Source: an uncultured Anaerolineaceae bacterium (lineage in GTDB: Bacteria > Chloroflexota > Anaerolineae > Anaerolineales > UBA11579). From it: DNA of 64,000 bases. This document shows positions 17,878 through 27,548 of the stretch, piece after piece. The notes under the pieces are model-generated. The model was not told where the DNA came from. It saw only the letters and a program-made list of their open reading frames with translations, and ran no database searches. Positions within the stretch are counted from its first letter, which is position 1; each line of letters opens with the position of its first letter. The stretch covers positions 7,692 to 71,691 of the forward strand of contig CAZUTS010000001.1 in assembly GCA_964623375.1 (NCBI GenBank), written 5' to 3'. The position numbers and the translations under genes are program-made.

Positions 17878-19233
17878 CTAGTTAGCCTTGGCCAGCGTGG
17901 CGCGCAGGCCGTGCTTCGGGCGCATCGTGCCGGCCAGCTCCATCTCCACAGGCTGCTCAGGCAGCACGTGCACGCTGAAGCGTTGCAGCAGGGTGGCGAG
18001 CACCAGTACGCTCTCCATCATCGCCAGGCCGTTACCGATGCAGATGCGCGGCCCGCCGCCGAAGGGAATATAGGCTTCGCGCGAGGGAAGCTCGGCCTTG
18101 TCCTTGAGCCAGCGCTCCGGCATGAACTGCTCCGGCTGCTCGAACCAGCGCGGGTCGTGATGCAGGATCCACGGACTGAGGAAGACGAAAGTACCCTTTT
18201 CGATGTGGAAGCCGCGGATCTCCACATCTTCCAGTGCCATGCGGCGCGTCACCCAAGCTACCGGGTACATGCGCAGCGCCTCTTTGATCACCGCGTTGCA
18301 ATACGGCAGCAGTTGCGCATCGTCTGCTGTGGGAGTGCGGCCTTGCAGCACATCCACCACTTCTTTTTGAAGGGCGGCATATTGCTCAGGGTTCTGCGAG
18401 AGTAGTAGCCAGGCCCAGGAGAGCGTGGTGGCGGTGGTCTCGTGTCCGGCTAGATACAGCGTGCGGATCTCGTCCAGCAGTTGCTGAATGCTCATTGGCT
18501 GGTCTTCATCATCACGTGCATCCATCAGCATGGTGAGCAGGTCGTACTTCTCTTCCGTGCTGGTTTTGCGTTCCTCGATGATATTGACCAGCATAGTGTT
18601 GATGTATTCGATGCCCTCTTTGAGCTTGGTGCGCGAGGGCGTGGGGATGCTGCTGGGCAACACGGCTTCAATGCCGCGCATCTCGGCGCCCAGGGCGTGC
18701 ATCATGGCATCAAAGGCCTGGCTGGCCTTGTGGGCATTGTCTTGCACGTCTACGTCGAAGAGGGCTTTCATAATGATGCGCTGGGTCAGCTCCATCATGT
18801 CTTCGTGAATGTCGCGCTCGGCACCATCCTGCCAGGTGTCTGCCAGGTCTTGCGTCGCGCTCACGATCAGATCGGCATATTTTTTGATGGACTGGTGGTG
18901 GAACGAAGGCGCCATCAGCTTGCGTTGCTTGCGCCAAAAATCGCCTTCGCTGGCCACCAGCCCATTGCCCAGAATGGCGTTGAGCGCGTGCATATTGCCG
19001 GTCTTGCCGTTGTTGTAACGCTTGCCGGTTTCCACCAGCACGCGGTCAACATCATCAGGATGGCTCAGCAACACGCTGCGGCTGCCCAGCAGCGAGAAGG
19101 CGGCCACGTCGCCAAGCTCGCTTTGCAAGCGGGTGAGGAAGCCGATAGGGTTGCGCGCAAATTGGGGCAGGTTGCCCACAACGGGAAAACCTGCCATGCG
19201 GGCAGGTTGCTTGGTTTGAATGGGAGTGACCAT
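17878..19233 (-). CDS. cytochrome P450
   Basis: Heme-thiolate loop FGGGPRICIGNGLA, I-helix AGHETT, ExxR (KEALR). AGGAG lies 4 nt before the ATG at 19233 (MVTPIQ); the longer track ORF to 19356 is rejected. Confidence 0.9.
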   Translation of the reverse strand: MVTPIQTKQPARMAGFPVVGNLPQFARNPIGFLTRLQSELGDVAAFSLLGSRSVLLSHPDDVDRVLVETGKRYNNGKTGNMHALNAILGNGLVASEGDFWRKQRKLMAPSFHHQSIKKYADLIVSATQDLADTWQDGAERDIHEDMMELTQRIIMKALFDVDVQDNAHKASQAFDAMMHALGAEMRGIEAVLPSSIPTPSRTKLKEGIEYINTMLVNIIEERKTSTEEKYDLLTMLMDARDDEDQPMSIQQLLDEIRTLYLAGHETTATTLSWAWLLLSQNPEQYAALQKEVVDVLQGRTPTADDAQLLPYCNAVIKEALRMYPVAWVTRRMALEDVEIRGFHIEKGTFVFLSPWILHHDPRWFEQPEQFMPERWLKDKAELPSREAYIPFGGGPRICIGNGLAMMESVLVLATLLQRFSVHVLPEQPVEMELAGTMRPKHGLRATLAKAN

Positions 19234-19358
19234 GGTGCTCCTAACTATCTTGTGATTTCTTGCACATATAATACTGCGCTCTGGCAGTTTTGTGGGTAAA
19301 CGATTGATTAAGGCAGAAAATAGAACAAACGTAGCGAAAATGACGGATAATAGCACTC

Positions 19359-20582
19359 ATGGCTTCTCTGTCTGACCGATTGAAGGCGCTGGGTGTGCAG
19401 TTGGGCGCGGGTGACCTTGCTGCCAAGCAGCCTGCGGCAACGCAGGCTTTTGGCATCGAGCAGGTGGTGCCTGGCCGCGTGCAGTTCACCGATTTTGGCG
19501 AAGCCTATGTGGTTGAGCACTTCATCGCCGCGGATGAGCCGCATGGCCAGCATCTGCTGCGCTTCCCTGAGGTGATGCAGCGCATGGCGGCGTGGGCGGG
19601 CGATACGCGCTTGGCGTTGATCCCTGCCGAGCGTTTCCTGTTCCTCGACACCGAGGCCACCGGCCTGTGGGGCAGCGGTACGATGGCCTTCCTCATCGGT
19701 ATGGGGCGCTTCGAGGCCGGCGGCTTCCGCTGCGTGCAGCTGTTCCTGCGTGAGCCGGCTGAAGAGCGCGCCATGCAAGCCGTGCTCGATCACGCCATCA
19801 CGCCAGACGATGCGTTGGTGACCTTTAACGGCAAGAGCTTCGACCTGCCGCTGCTCGCCAACCGCTATCTGGCCAACGGCCAGCGCTCCCCGCTGCGCGA
19901 GCTGCCACATATTGATCTGCTGCATATAGCCCGCCGCTTGTGGAAGGATCTGCTGCCCAGCCGCGCTCTGGGTGACCTGGAGGCACAACTGCTGGGCATC
20001 ACCCGCACCGGTGAAGACCTGCCCGGCTGGCTGCTGCCGCAATTGTTCATGGATTACATGCACACCGGCGATGCACGCCCGCTGGCCGGTGCCTTCTATC
20101 ACAACCGCATGGACGTGGTGAGCATGGCCTCACTGCTGGAGCACATTGCCCGCAAGCTGGAAACGCCTATGGAGCTGGTGCAGCACGGCAGCGAGATGGC
20201 CGCCATCGGGCGGCTGCTGGCGGACACCGGCTTTGCCGAAGAAGCCATCCAGGTCTTTCAGGGCACGCTCTCGATGGAGCTGCCAGATGACAAGCGCGGC
20301 CAGCTGCTGGAGCGTCTGGCCGCACTGTTCCGCCGCCGCGGCAATTACGAGGCGGCGCTGCAGCTTTGGCAGCAGGCCGCCGAGGATGGCCAGGTCTACG
20401 CCCATGTGGAGATTGCCAAGTACTACGAACACAAAACGCGCCAGTACACGCTGGCGCTGGAGTACACGGTGACGGCGCTCAAAGTGGTGCGGCGCAAGCG
20501 GCCCACCCACTTTGAGCGCGTACACTGGGAGCCGCAGCTGGAACAACGCGTCGCCCGCTTGGAGAAGAAGCTGGGGCGTTAG
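19359..20582 (+). CDS. MrfB/YprB-like RNase H-fold (DEDDh) exonuclease with C-terminal TPR-like region
   Basis: LFLDTEATGL, FNGKSFDLPLL and YHNRMDVVS exonuclease motifs. The C-terminus is helical-repeat-like (EAIQVFQGTL..., YEAALQLWQQAAEDGQVYAHVEIAKYYEH). Confidence 0.7.
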   Translation: MASLSDRLKALGVQLGAGDLAAKQPAATQAFGIEQVVPGRVQFTDFGEAYVVEHFIAADEPHGQHLLRFPEVMQRMAAWAGDTRLALIPAERFLFLDTEATGLWGSGTMAFLIGMGRFEAGGFRCVQLFLREPAEERAMQAVLDHAITPDDALVTFNGKSFDLPLLANRYLANGQRSPLRELPHIDLLHIARRLWKDLLPSRALGDLEAQLLGITRTGEDLPGWLLPQLFMDYMHTGDARPLAGAFYHNRMDVVSMASLLEHIARKLETPMELVQHGSEMAAIGRLLADTGFAEEAIQVFQGTLSMELPDDKRGQLLERLAALFRRRGNYEAALQLWQQAAEDGQVYAHVEIAKYYEHKTRQYTLALEYTVTALKVVRRKRPTHFERVHWEPQLEQRVARLEKKLGR

Positions 20583-20618
20583 CTCTTCGCTCGGCAGTAG
20601 GGAACATGGAGGGGATTT

Positions 20619-21206
20619 ATGTCTCAGAAAAATGAGCGCCTGGCATTTGTTGTTGCGTTTTTCTTGCTTGTATCTTTGTATGTGATAAGCCAAAACATCC
20701 CGCTGACTACATATCCTGTTCCCACCCCAACTTCAGTCCCAGTTGAATTCCAAGATAGAAGCTTCCTGACCGGCGAGCCTTGCCATGCGCCCTGCTGGTA
20801 TGGGCTGGTGCCTGGCATTTCTCGTCAAGATGAGGCCCTTGCTTTATTGGGTTCACTACACTTCATCAAAACAACGTCTTTTACAGAGACCTCAATTGGC
20901 AGTTACAACAATTCAACATCTCGTCAGGAAAGTTGGACTAGATTTTCCGCGGACTGCATCTATCCCGAAGCAACAACCTGCGTATCGCTTGACTTCTACC
21001 AAAACAGGCTGAGAAGGGTCTGGTTGATCCTGAATTACTCATTGTCAGCAGGAGAGGTTGTTTCTAGCTTGGGTGCGCCAGACTGGATTGAAGCGTTTCC
21101 GGATGGAGGCGCCCATCAAGCTCGCTGGTTTGTTTGTCATATCAGCATGATCTATCTGGGCAGAGCAAAAAATAGTGGCTTCTTACACGGAAACGAACCG
21201 GGATAA
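20619..21206 (+). pseudogene. membrane-anchored hypothetical protein, probably the 5' part of a gene frameshifted in an A6 run
   Basis: GGAGGGG SD, N-terminal TM and a PCHAPCWYGLVPGIS motif. The ORF ends 34 nt after the A6 run (21167-21172), and the +1 frame stays open to 21366. Confidence 0.45.
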
Positions 21207-21366
21207 GGCGCTGGAAGTATGCTTCGACATACTTCCAGCAGCTGGGCCACTAGACCCAGATGCATCAGTGGCCTATCTTAGCTACGTCGATTTTTTTCTG
21301 CGTACTGAGGATATTGAAGGCAGCGGTGCAAATTGGTACCCCTGGCCTGGTTTTGCTGATGACTGA
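21175..21366 (+). pseudogene. probable 3' part of the same frameshifted gene
   Basis: No independent SD. This frame is open from 21151. Removing one A from the A6 run joins both parts into ...GRAKIVASYTETNRDK.... Confidence 0.35.
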
Positions 21367-21435
21367 TGCCTTGAGGCGTCTTGTTTTGTCGCAGCGCAAG
21401 TAAGGGCACAGCATATCTGCACTCCTACTTGTCTT

Positions 21436-21480
21436 GTCATTGCGAGGAGTAATATCGCCGGGAAAACGGACGAGGCAATC
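21436..21480 (+). repeat. single hairpin (REP-like) element, ATTGC/GCAAT variant
   Basis: GTCATTGCGAGGAGTAATATCGCCGGGAAAACGGACGAGGCAATC. Confidence 0.6.
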
Positions 21481-21515
21481 TACCCCTTAGGCTTTAGCCT
21501 TAAGCTTAAAACTTT

Positions 21516-22526
21516 CTAGACGGCTAACGCCACCACCTTCAACGGTGGCTTGCCATCCCGGCTGGGGAAATCCGCTTCGGGAAGAATCCATTCATAGTCG
21601 CGTATCGGTCGGCCGGCTTTGGCGGCGCTGCGTTGCAGCTGCGCCAGCCAGCCTTCGCGCTCCACGGCGGCCACGTTGTTGCAGCAGTACAGTCTGCCGC
21701 CTTCGGCCGTGGCCAGCAAGGCGGGTTTGAATACAGACGGGTAATCGTTGACCAGATCCACAACGCCGAAGGGGCTTTTGGCGTAGCGCGGTGGGTCCAA
21801 GAAGACAATGTCGAATTGCTGCGGCGCCAGCTTGGGGAAGCTGGGCATGCGCTTGCCGCGCACAAAGTTGGGCTGGCCGATGCCAGCCAGCTGGCGCACG
21901 GCAGGGAACACATCGCTCTTGATGAACTCTGGCCTGATGCCCAGCACGTTCAGCTCGGCGTTTTTCTCGCCCACGGCGAGCGTGCTGGCGGCGAAGTCTA
22001 TATTGACCACCTGCAGCGCACCCACCACCGCCGCGGCGGTGCCGACGCTGCAGGTGTAGGCGAATAGATTGAGCACAGACTTGCCTGTCGCGGCCTGCAT
22101 GACGTGGCGGCGGCCAGCCCGCATATCCAGGAACAGCCACGGGTCTTGCCCATCATGGCGCGCTTGCACCTGATAGCGCACACCCAGCTCGCGCGCAGTC
22201 TGCGGCTGGCTGGCAGCCATCTGCCTTTCGGCGGGCAGCGGGTTGCGGATGCGTGAATTCTTCTGGCTACGGTCGTTGTAGATAGGGGTTAGTGCCGGAA
22301 ACGCGTTGACGTAAAAGGCTTCGATGGCTGTCAGTTCATTAGGTGCGAGCGACTGGTGAAAGGTCTGCACCAGCAGCAAGTCGCCATAGCGGTCAATCGT
22401 CAGGCCGGGTTGGCCCTCAACCGTGCCGTGGAATAGGCGATAACTATCCGTTTCCTCGCTATGCAGTGTGGAGAGCAGATCTGTGCGCGCATCAAGGGCA
22501 GCAGATAGCAAGCGGGGCAAAGACAT
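21516..22526 (-). CDS. class I SAM-dependent rRNA methyltransferase, RlmI-like
   Basis: VLNLFAYTCSVGTAAA (SAM motif), VVNIDFA, FDIVFLDPPRYAKSP, and N-terminal PUA-like region YRLFHG...GLTIDRYGD. Confidence 0.7.
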   Translation of the reverse strand: MSLPRLLSAALDARTDLLSTLHSEETDSYRLFHGTVEGQPGLTIDRYGDLLLVQTFHQSLAPNELTAIEAFYVNAFPALTPIYNDRSQKNSRIRNPLPAERQMAASQPQTARELGVRYQVQARHDGQDPWLFLDMRAGRRHVMQAATGKSVLNLFAYTCSVGTAAAVVGALQVVNIDFAASTLAVGEKNAELNVLGIRPEFIKSDVFPAVRQLAGIGQPNFVRGKRMPSFPKLAPQQFDIVFLDPPRYAKSPFGVVDLVNDYPSVFKPALLATAEGGRLYCCNNVAAVEREGWLAQLQRSAAKAGRPIRDYEWILPEADFPSRDGKPPLKVVALAV

Positions 22527-23230
22527 CAGGGATAGCTTTCGGCCAGCAGTGCTTGGCCGCTGGGGCCTTGCAGGCAGGCCAGCACGCTGCGCGCCGCACC
22601 CTCTGGCGTTTGGGCGGCCAGCGCCAGCACGGGCAGGTTCACGTTAAAGTCATAGGTGCGCACGCTGTCATCCGCCCAGGCGGCAGGCAGCAGCCCGGCG
22701 GCGCCCGTGTTGCCAGCGAGATTCTGCAGCACCACGTCTGGCCCGAAGGCGATGAGCGCTTGCCCGCTAAAGGCGCCGCGTACCACATTGCTGCTGAAGG
22801 CTTGCACGGTTTCGTCGCCATTGGGCGGCAGGAACAGCCATACATCTGCGGATGGCCCGCCCACCTCGGCCCAGTTGCGAATGCGCCCGCTGAGCAGCTC
22901 TGCTGCTTGCAGGGATGTGAGCGTGTTCACGCTCAGGCTGCCGGAAGCTGCCAGCAGGATGCGCTCTTCGGCCAGGCGCGCCGCAAATGGAGCATTGCGG
23001 TCTGCGCCCAGGCGAATATAGAGGTCATAGTCGGAGTAGTCTATCTCAGACGGATAGACCGAGTCAATCGTCACAGCCACACTGCCATCTGTGGGCAGGC
23101 AGGCCATCACCGCCTCGGCCACCGGATAGGCGGCCGGGCTGATCGCCAGGCGTAGAGATTGCGGCTCGGCAGCAGGCGAACCGCAGCCAGCCAGGATCAA
23201 AGCGATAAGGGTGAGAACAAGCGGTTTCAT
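22526..23230 (-). CDS. lipoprotein, PstS-like (PBP_like_2) substrate-binding domain
   Basis: Lipobox LILAGC. LQAAELLSGRIRNWAEVGG resembles the PBP_like_2 core. Overlaps both neighbours (4 nt and 1 nt). Confidence 0.55.
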   Translation of the reverse strand: MKPLVLTLIALILAGCGSPAAEPQSLRLAISPAAYPVAEAVMACLPTDGSVAVTIDSVYPSEIDYSDYDLYIRLGADRNAPFAARLAEERILLAASGSLSVNTLTSLQAAELLSGRIRNWAEVGGPSADVWLFLPPNGDETVQAFSSNVVRGAFSGQALIAFGPDVVLQNLAGNTGAAGLLPAAWADDSVRTYDFNVNLPVLALAAQTPEGAARSVLACLQGPSGQALLAESYP

Positions 23231-24030
23231 TGCAATAACAGGATAAGGATACCCAACCCTGTGCAGTAGATGGCAAAGGGATAGAAAGAATGTGTGGCCA
23301 GATAACGCAGCAGCCAGCGGATGGCAGCGTAGCCCACAACGGCGGCGGCCACAAAGCCCACAATGATGGGCAGCAGCAGGGAACTCGCCTCTGGCAAGCC
23401 GCCCAACTGCAGCAGGGCCACGAAGCCTGCGGCAGGCATGATGGGTACGGACATGAGGAAGGCAAAACGCGCCGCCTGGCGGCGATCCAGGTCACGCAGC
23501 ATGCCGCCGAACAGCGTGGAGGCCGAGCGCGATACAGCGGGTAATAAGGCGATCGCCTGCGCCAAGCCGATCCACAGCGCATCCTTGCTGGTCAGCTCGC
23601 TCAACTGGCGCTGCTTCTTGCCCAGCCATTCCGCGGCTACCAGCAGCAGGGCATTGATGATGAGAAAGAAGCCCGTCCACAGCATGCTCGAAAATTGATC
23701 CATGCTGTCTTGAATCAGCCAGCCGACGACCACCGCCGGCAGCATGGAGAGCAGCACCAGCCAGCCCAGGCGTGCATTCAGGCTGGCGCTACGTGTGCGC
23801 AACCCGGCCAGCATGTCTTTGCCGATAGCTAGCAGGTCCTTGAAGAAATAGGCCACCACAGCAACCCAAGTGCCCAGTTGAATCAGTACATCAAAAACAA
23901 ATGTGGCCGTGTCTTCGGCGGGCAGGCCCATCCACGTGCGCGCCAGGATGAGATGGCCGGAGCTGGAGATGGGCAAAAATTCAGTGAACCCCTGCACAAT
24001 ACCGAGGATAGCGGCTTGAAGAAGTGTCAT
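23227..24030 (-). CDS. uppP: undecaprenyl-diphosphate phosphatase
   Basis: N-terminus AAILGIVQGFTEFLPISSSGHLIL and a polytopic profile typical of BacA/UppP. Confidence 0.93.
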   Translation of the reverse strand: MTLLQAAILGIVQGFTEFLPISSSGHLILARTWMGLPAEDTATFVFDVLIQLGTWVAVVAYFFKDLLAIGKDMLAGLRTRSASLNARLGWLVLLSMLPAVVVGWLIQDSMDQFSSMLWTGFFLIINALLLVAAEWLGKKQRQLSELTSKDALWIGLAQAIALLPAVSRSASTLFGGMLRDLDRRQAARFAFLMSVPIMPAAGFVALLQLGGLPEASSLLLPIIVGFVAAAVVGYAAIRWLLRYLATHSFYPFAIYCTGLGILILLLQ

Positions 24031-24068
24031 CGAATGTTGTTTCCTTGTGAAGTGTGATGCTCAGTATC

Positions 24069-25187
24069 TTACCTGAGGGTAGCGCTGTGCTGCGCTTGCA
24101 AGGCAGCAGCCACCCGTGGGTAGCTGCCATCCAGAATGGCATTGCGCAAATCTTTGGCGATGTGGATCAAAGTGTGCAAGTTGTGAATCGAAAGCAGCGT
24201 GCCGGCCAGCATCTCCTTAGCCACGATCAAATGACGCAAATAGGCGCGTGTGAACGTGCGGCAGGTGTAGCAGGTGCAGTTGGCATCGATGGGATTGGGG
24301 TCACGTGCAAACTCGGCGTTCTTGAGGTTGAGGCGCCCGCCGGCGCGCTGGAACACCGCGTTGGTGCGCCCCAAGCGCGTGGGCAGCACGCAGTCAAAAA
24401 TATCCACGCCGCGTTGGATGCACTGCACCAGATCTTCGGGTGTGCCGACGCCCATCAGGTAGCGCGGTTTGTCCGTCGGCAGGATCGGGTCCACCACATC
24501 CAGCATGGCGTGCATATCTTCTTTGCTTTCACCCACCGAAAGTCCGCCGATGGCGATGCCGGGCAGATCCATGCTGGCTACAAACTCGGCAGACTGGGCG
24601 CGCAGCTCAGGCCACACGCCGCCCTGCACGATGCCGAACAGCGCTTGATCACCACGTTGCTTGGCGGCGATGCAGCGTTGCAACCAGGCGTGCGTGCGCT
24701 GCATCGCCTTCTCGTTGTAGGTGCGGTCGGTAGGCTCAGCACACTCGTCGAACGCCATGATGATGTCTGCTCCCAGATTCTCCTGGATCGCCATCACACT
24801 TTCGGGGGTGAAGCGGTGCAGCGAGCCATCGATATGGCTGCGGAAGTTCACGCCCTCATCATCCACCGAGCGGGTTTGCGAAAGCGAGAAGACCTGGAAG
24901 CCGCCCGAATCGGTCAACATCGGATTGGGCCACTGCATAAATGTGTGCAGGCCGCCCATTTCGGCTACCAGTTTGTCGCCGGGACGCAGGTAGAGGTGAT
25001 AGGTGTTGGAGAGCACCAGGCTGGCGCCCATCTCATGCAGTTGCGGCGGAGTGATGGCTTTGACGGTGGCGGCGGTGCCCACAGGGGCAAAGACCGGCGT
25101 CAGCAGCTCGCCGTGCGGCGTGGCAAACCGGCCCGCGCGGGCGCGGCCACTTTGCCCTTCAAGCGTGAATTTGAAATCAAAGCTCAT
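24069..25187 (-). CDS. tgt: tRNA-guanine transglycosylase (queuine tRNA-ribosyltransferase)
   Basis: RAGRFATPHGELLTPVFAPVGT, YLMGVGTPEDL, Zn site CTCYTC...H. Confidence 0.95.
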   Translation of the reverse strand: MSFDFKFTLEGQSGRARAGRFATPHGELLTPVFAPVGTAATVKAITPPQLHEMGASLVLSNTYHLYLRPGDKLVAEMGGLHTFMQWPNPMLTDSGGFQVFSLSQTRSVDDEGVNFRSHIDGSLHRFTPESVMAIQENLGADIIMAFDECAEPTDRTYNEKAMQRTHAWLQRCIAAKQRGDQALFGIVQGGVWPELRAQSAEFVASMDLPGIAIGGLSVGESKEDMHAMLDVVDPILPTDKPRYLMGVGTPEDLVQCIQRGVDIFDCVLPTRLGRTNAVFQRAGGRLNLKNAEFARDPNPIDANCTCYTCRTFTRAYLRHLIVAKEMLAGTLLSIHNLHTLIHIAKDLRNAILDGSYPRVAAALQAQHSATLR

Positions 25188-25190
25188 AGG

Positions 25191-27548
25191 TCAGTTGGGC
25201 CAGAAATAGGGCACCGCCACCACGGCGACAGCCAACGAGAGCAGGGTGAGCGGCAGACCAAGGCGGAAATAGTCGCCAAAACGGTAGCCGCCCGGGCCCA
25301 TCACCAACAAATTGGCGGGGTGCCCGGTAGGGGTGAGGAAGGGCAGCGAGGCGCCCAGGGCAATACTAATGAGGATGGCCTGCGGTGAAAGCGCCAGCAC
25401 GGCCTGCCCACCGAGGGCAATACTAGACACCAGCACCACCACCACAGCGGTGGGGATGAATTGCGCCGCCAGGTTGCTGGCCAGGAACAACGCGGCTACC
25501 AGCAGCGGCGCCTGCCAGGTACTTGCAGAGGCAAACAGCATGTTGCCCAGATACGCCGCTGTACCGGTGCGCTCGAGCGCGATGCCCAGCGGCAGCATAC
25601 CCGCGATCAGGAAGATGGCCGGCCATTGAATAGCACGGTGCGCTTCTTCCATAGTGAGACAGCGCGAGAGCACCATCAGCGCCGCGCCAGCCACTGCCGC
25701 GATCTCGATCGGCAACAGGCCAAGGCCCACCACGGTCACCACGGTCAGCATGATCGCCACAGCCAGCAGCGCCTTCTCTTTACGCGGCGCTTCTTGCAGC
25801 TCTGGGGACGTGATGAGAAATTCGCCGCTTTCCGCCAGCAGCTTGATGCGGTTGCGGTTGCCGTGGATCAGCAACGTATCACCGGCGTGCAGCGGCATCC
25901 TGCGTAAATTGAAGCGATAGGGCTTGCCGCGCCGCCAGATAGCGAGCACATTCAGCCCATAGTGTTCACGAAAATGAATATCCTGCAGCGTCTTATCCTT
26001 GAAATCGGCGTGCGGCGAGATAACCATCTCCGCCAGCCCAACTTCGTCGCTCTCCAGGTCTTGCGGCTGCGGAATGGCCGCATCGGCGATCACCAGTTCG
26101 CGGATGGCACGCAACAACTCTACGTCTTCGGCGCGGCCTTCCACCAGCAGCTGGTCACCAGCTTTCAGCCGCTCGCTAGGGCGCGGCATCAGGATGGTTT
26201 TGCTGCCGCGCAAGATGCTGAGCACCGAGAGGCCCAGCGCATCGGCAAGGTCACCCTCGGCCAGGCTCAGCCCGTCCAGGCGCGAGTTTTCTGGCACGGC
26301 CAGGATTTGCAAGCGGTCTTGCAGTTGGTATTCGGCCAGGTCGCTCGTGTGCACTTTGAAGTCAGTCGCTTCGTCCAGCTTGCTGAGTTGCTTGCGGTTG
26401 GTTTGCAGCAGCAGGCGGTCGCCCACTTGCAGCGCCAGGTTTTGGAAGTGGGTGCGTATCAAGCGTTCGCCGCGGCGGATGGCGAGCACATTGGCTTTGT
26501 ACTGCTTGCGGAAATCCATGCGCGAGAGCGTCTGCTCGTCCAGCGGTGAGTCAGGGATAATCTCAACTTCAAGCAACGACACTTGCGGTGAGATTAAGTC
26601 ACGGATCATTTGTGCCGGGTCAGTAGTCGCCTCATCCGGCGTCAGCAAGGTCAATGTCTGGCCTTCGATGAGTTGTTGCAGCAACTCCACGCGCCCCAGT
26701 ACTAGCAGCTCGTCTCCGCCGCGCAGAAAAGTTTCAGGCGAGGGCGAGAAGCGCGGGCGGCCGTCACGCGTGATACCGATGACATTGACTTTGAGTGCTG
26801 CACCCAGCCGGCTGGAGTTCAGCGTGCGCCCGGCCAGCGCACTATTGACGGGCAGCTTCACGCTGAACAGGCGCTCTTCCAGGTCAAACAGCTCGCCCGT
26901 CTCATAGGCCAGTTGGCTCATGCGCAGGGCCGAGGTGCGCTTGGGCGTCAGGCGCGGGCCGAACAGGGCAAGGAAGGCGATCCCGGCCAGGCCCACAGGC
27001 AGGCCCACGCGGGCAAAATCAAAGAAGGCAAACGGAGCATGGCCCAGCTCGCTGAGCGCGTTGCTCACCAGCAGGTTGGAGGCATTGCTGATGAGTGTAT
27101 TGGTGCCGCCCAGCAGCGTGCCAAAGGCGATGGGCATGAGCAGATTAGAGGTCAGCAAGCCGCGTTTTTTGGCGATCTGGCTCACCACCGGCAGCATCAT
27201 CACAATGATGCCGGTGCTGCTCATCATGGCCGAGAAGCTGGCCACCATGAACAGGATTGCCGCCAGCAGGGTTACTTCGCTTTTGCCACCCATGCGATTG
27301 AGGCGGCGGCCCAGCCAGTTGGCCACACCCGTGCGCGCCAAACCTGCGCTCAGGATCAGCATGGCCCAGATCGTGACCACCGCAGGGTTGCTAAAGCCGG
27401 AGAACGCCTCCGAGGGCGAGATCAACTGGCTCAGCCCCAGAGCCAGCAGCACCAGAATACCAATCAGGTCTGCACGGAAGCGTTCTGTGACTAGCAGCAG
27501 TACCGCCACACACAAAATGCCCAGGGTAAGGGCAATTTCTGGTGTCAT
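25191..27548 (-). CDS. SLC13/DASS-type permease with four central TrkA-C (RCK_C) domains
   Basis: Hydrophobic N- and C-terminal halves flank four units of the type (L/I)P..S.L.G.TL....(F/L)...(Y/L)..NV(L/I)(A/G)I.R.G.......L..GD.LL(V/L).G. Confidence 0.8.
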   Translation of the reverse strand: MTPEIALTLGILCVAVLLLVTERFRADLIGILVLLALGLSQLISPSEAFSGFSNPAVVTIWAMLILSAGLARTGVANWLGRRLNRMGGKSEVTLLAAILFMVASFSAMMSSTGIIVMMLPVVSQIAKKRGLLTSNLLMPIAFGTLLGGTNTLISNASNLLVSNALSELGHAPFAFFDFARVGLPVGLAGIAFLALFGPRLTPKRTSALRMSQLAYETGELFDLEERLFSVKLPVNSALAGRTLNSSRLGAALKVNVIGITRDGRPRFSPSPETFLRGGDELLVLGRVELLQQLIEGQTLTLLTPDEATTDPAQMIRDLISPQVSLLEVEIIPDSPLDEQTLSRMDFRKQYKANVLAIRRGERLIRTHFQNLALQVGDRLLLQTNRKQLSKLDEATDFKVHTSDLAEYQLQDRLQILAVPENSRLDGLSLAEGDLADALGLSVLSILRGSKTILMPRPSERLKAGDQLLVEGRAEDVELLRAIRELVIADAAIPQPQDLESDEVGLAEMVISPHADFKDKTLQDIHFREHYGLNVLAIWRRGKPYRFNLRRMPLHAGDTLLIHGNRNRIKLLAESGEFLITSPELQEAPRKEKALLAVAIMLTVVTVVGLGLLPIEIAAVAGAALMVLSRCLTMEEAHRAIQWPAIFLIAGMLPLGIALERTGTAAYLGNMLFASASTWQAPLLVAALFLASNLAAQFIPTAVVVVLVSSIALGGQAVLALSPQAILISIALGASLPFLTPTGHPANLLVMGPGGYRFGDYFRLGLPLTLLSLAVAVVAVPYFWPN

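Noticed and set aside
17821-19299. Plus-strand ORFs 17821-18405 and 18481-19299
   Set aside because: Both are antisense to the cytochrome P450 gene, which has heme-loop, I-helix and ExxR motifs.
24054-25388. 444-aa plus-strand ORF
   Set aside because: It is antisense to tgt and the 3' end of the SLC13 permease, both of which are strongly supported. It is a shadow frame.
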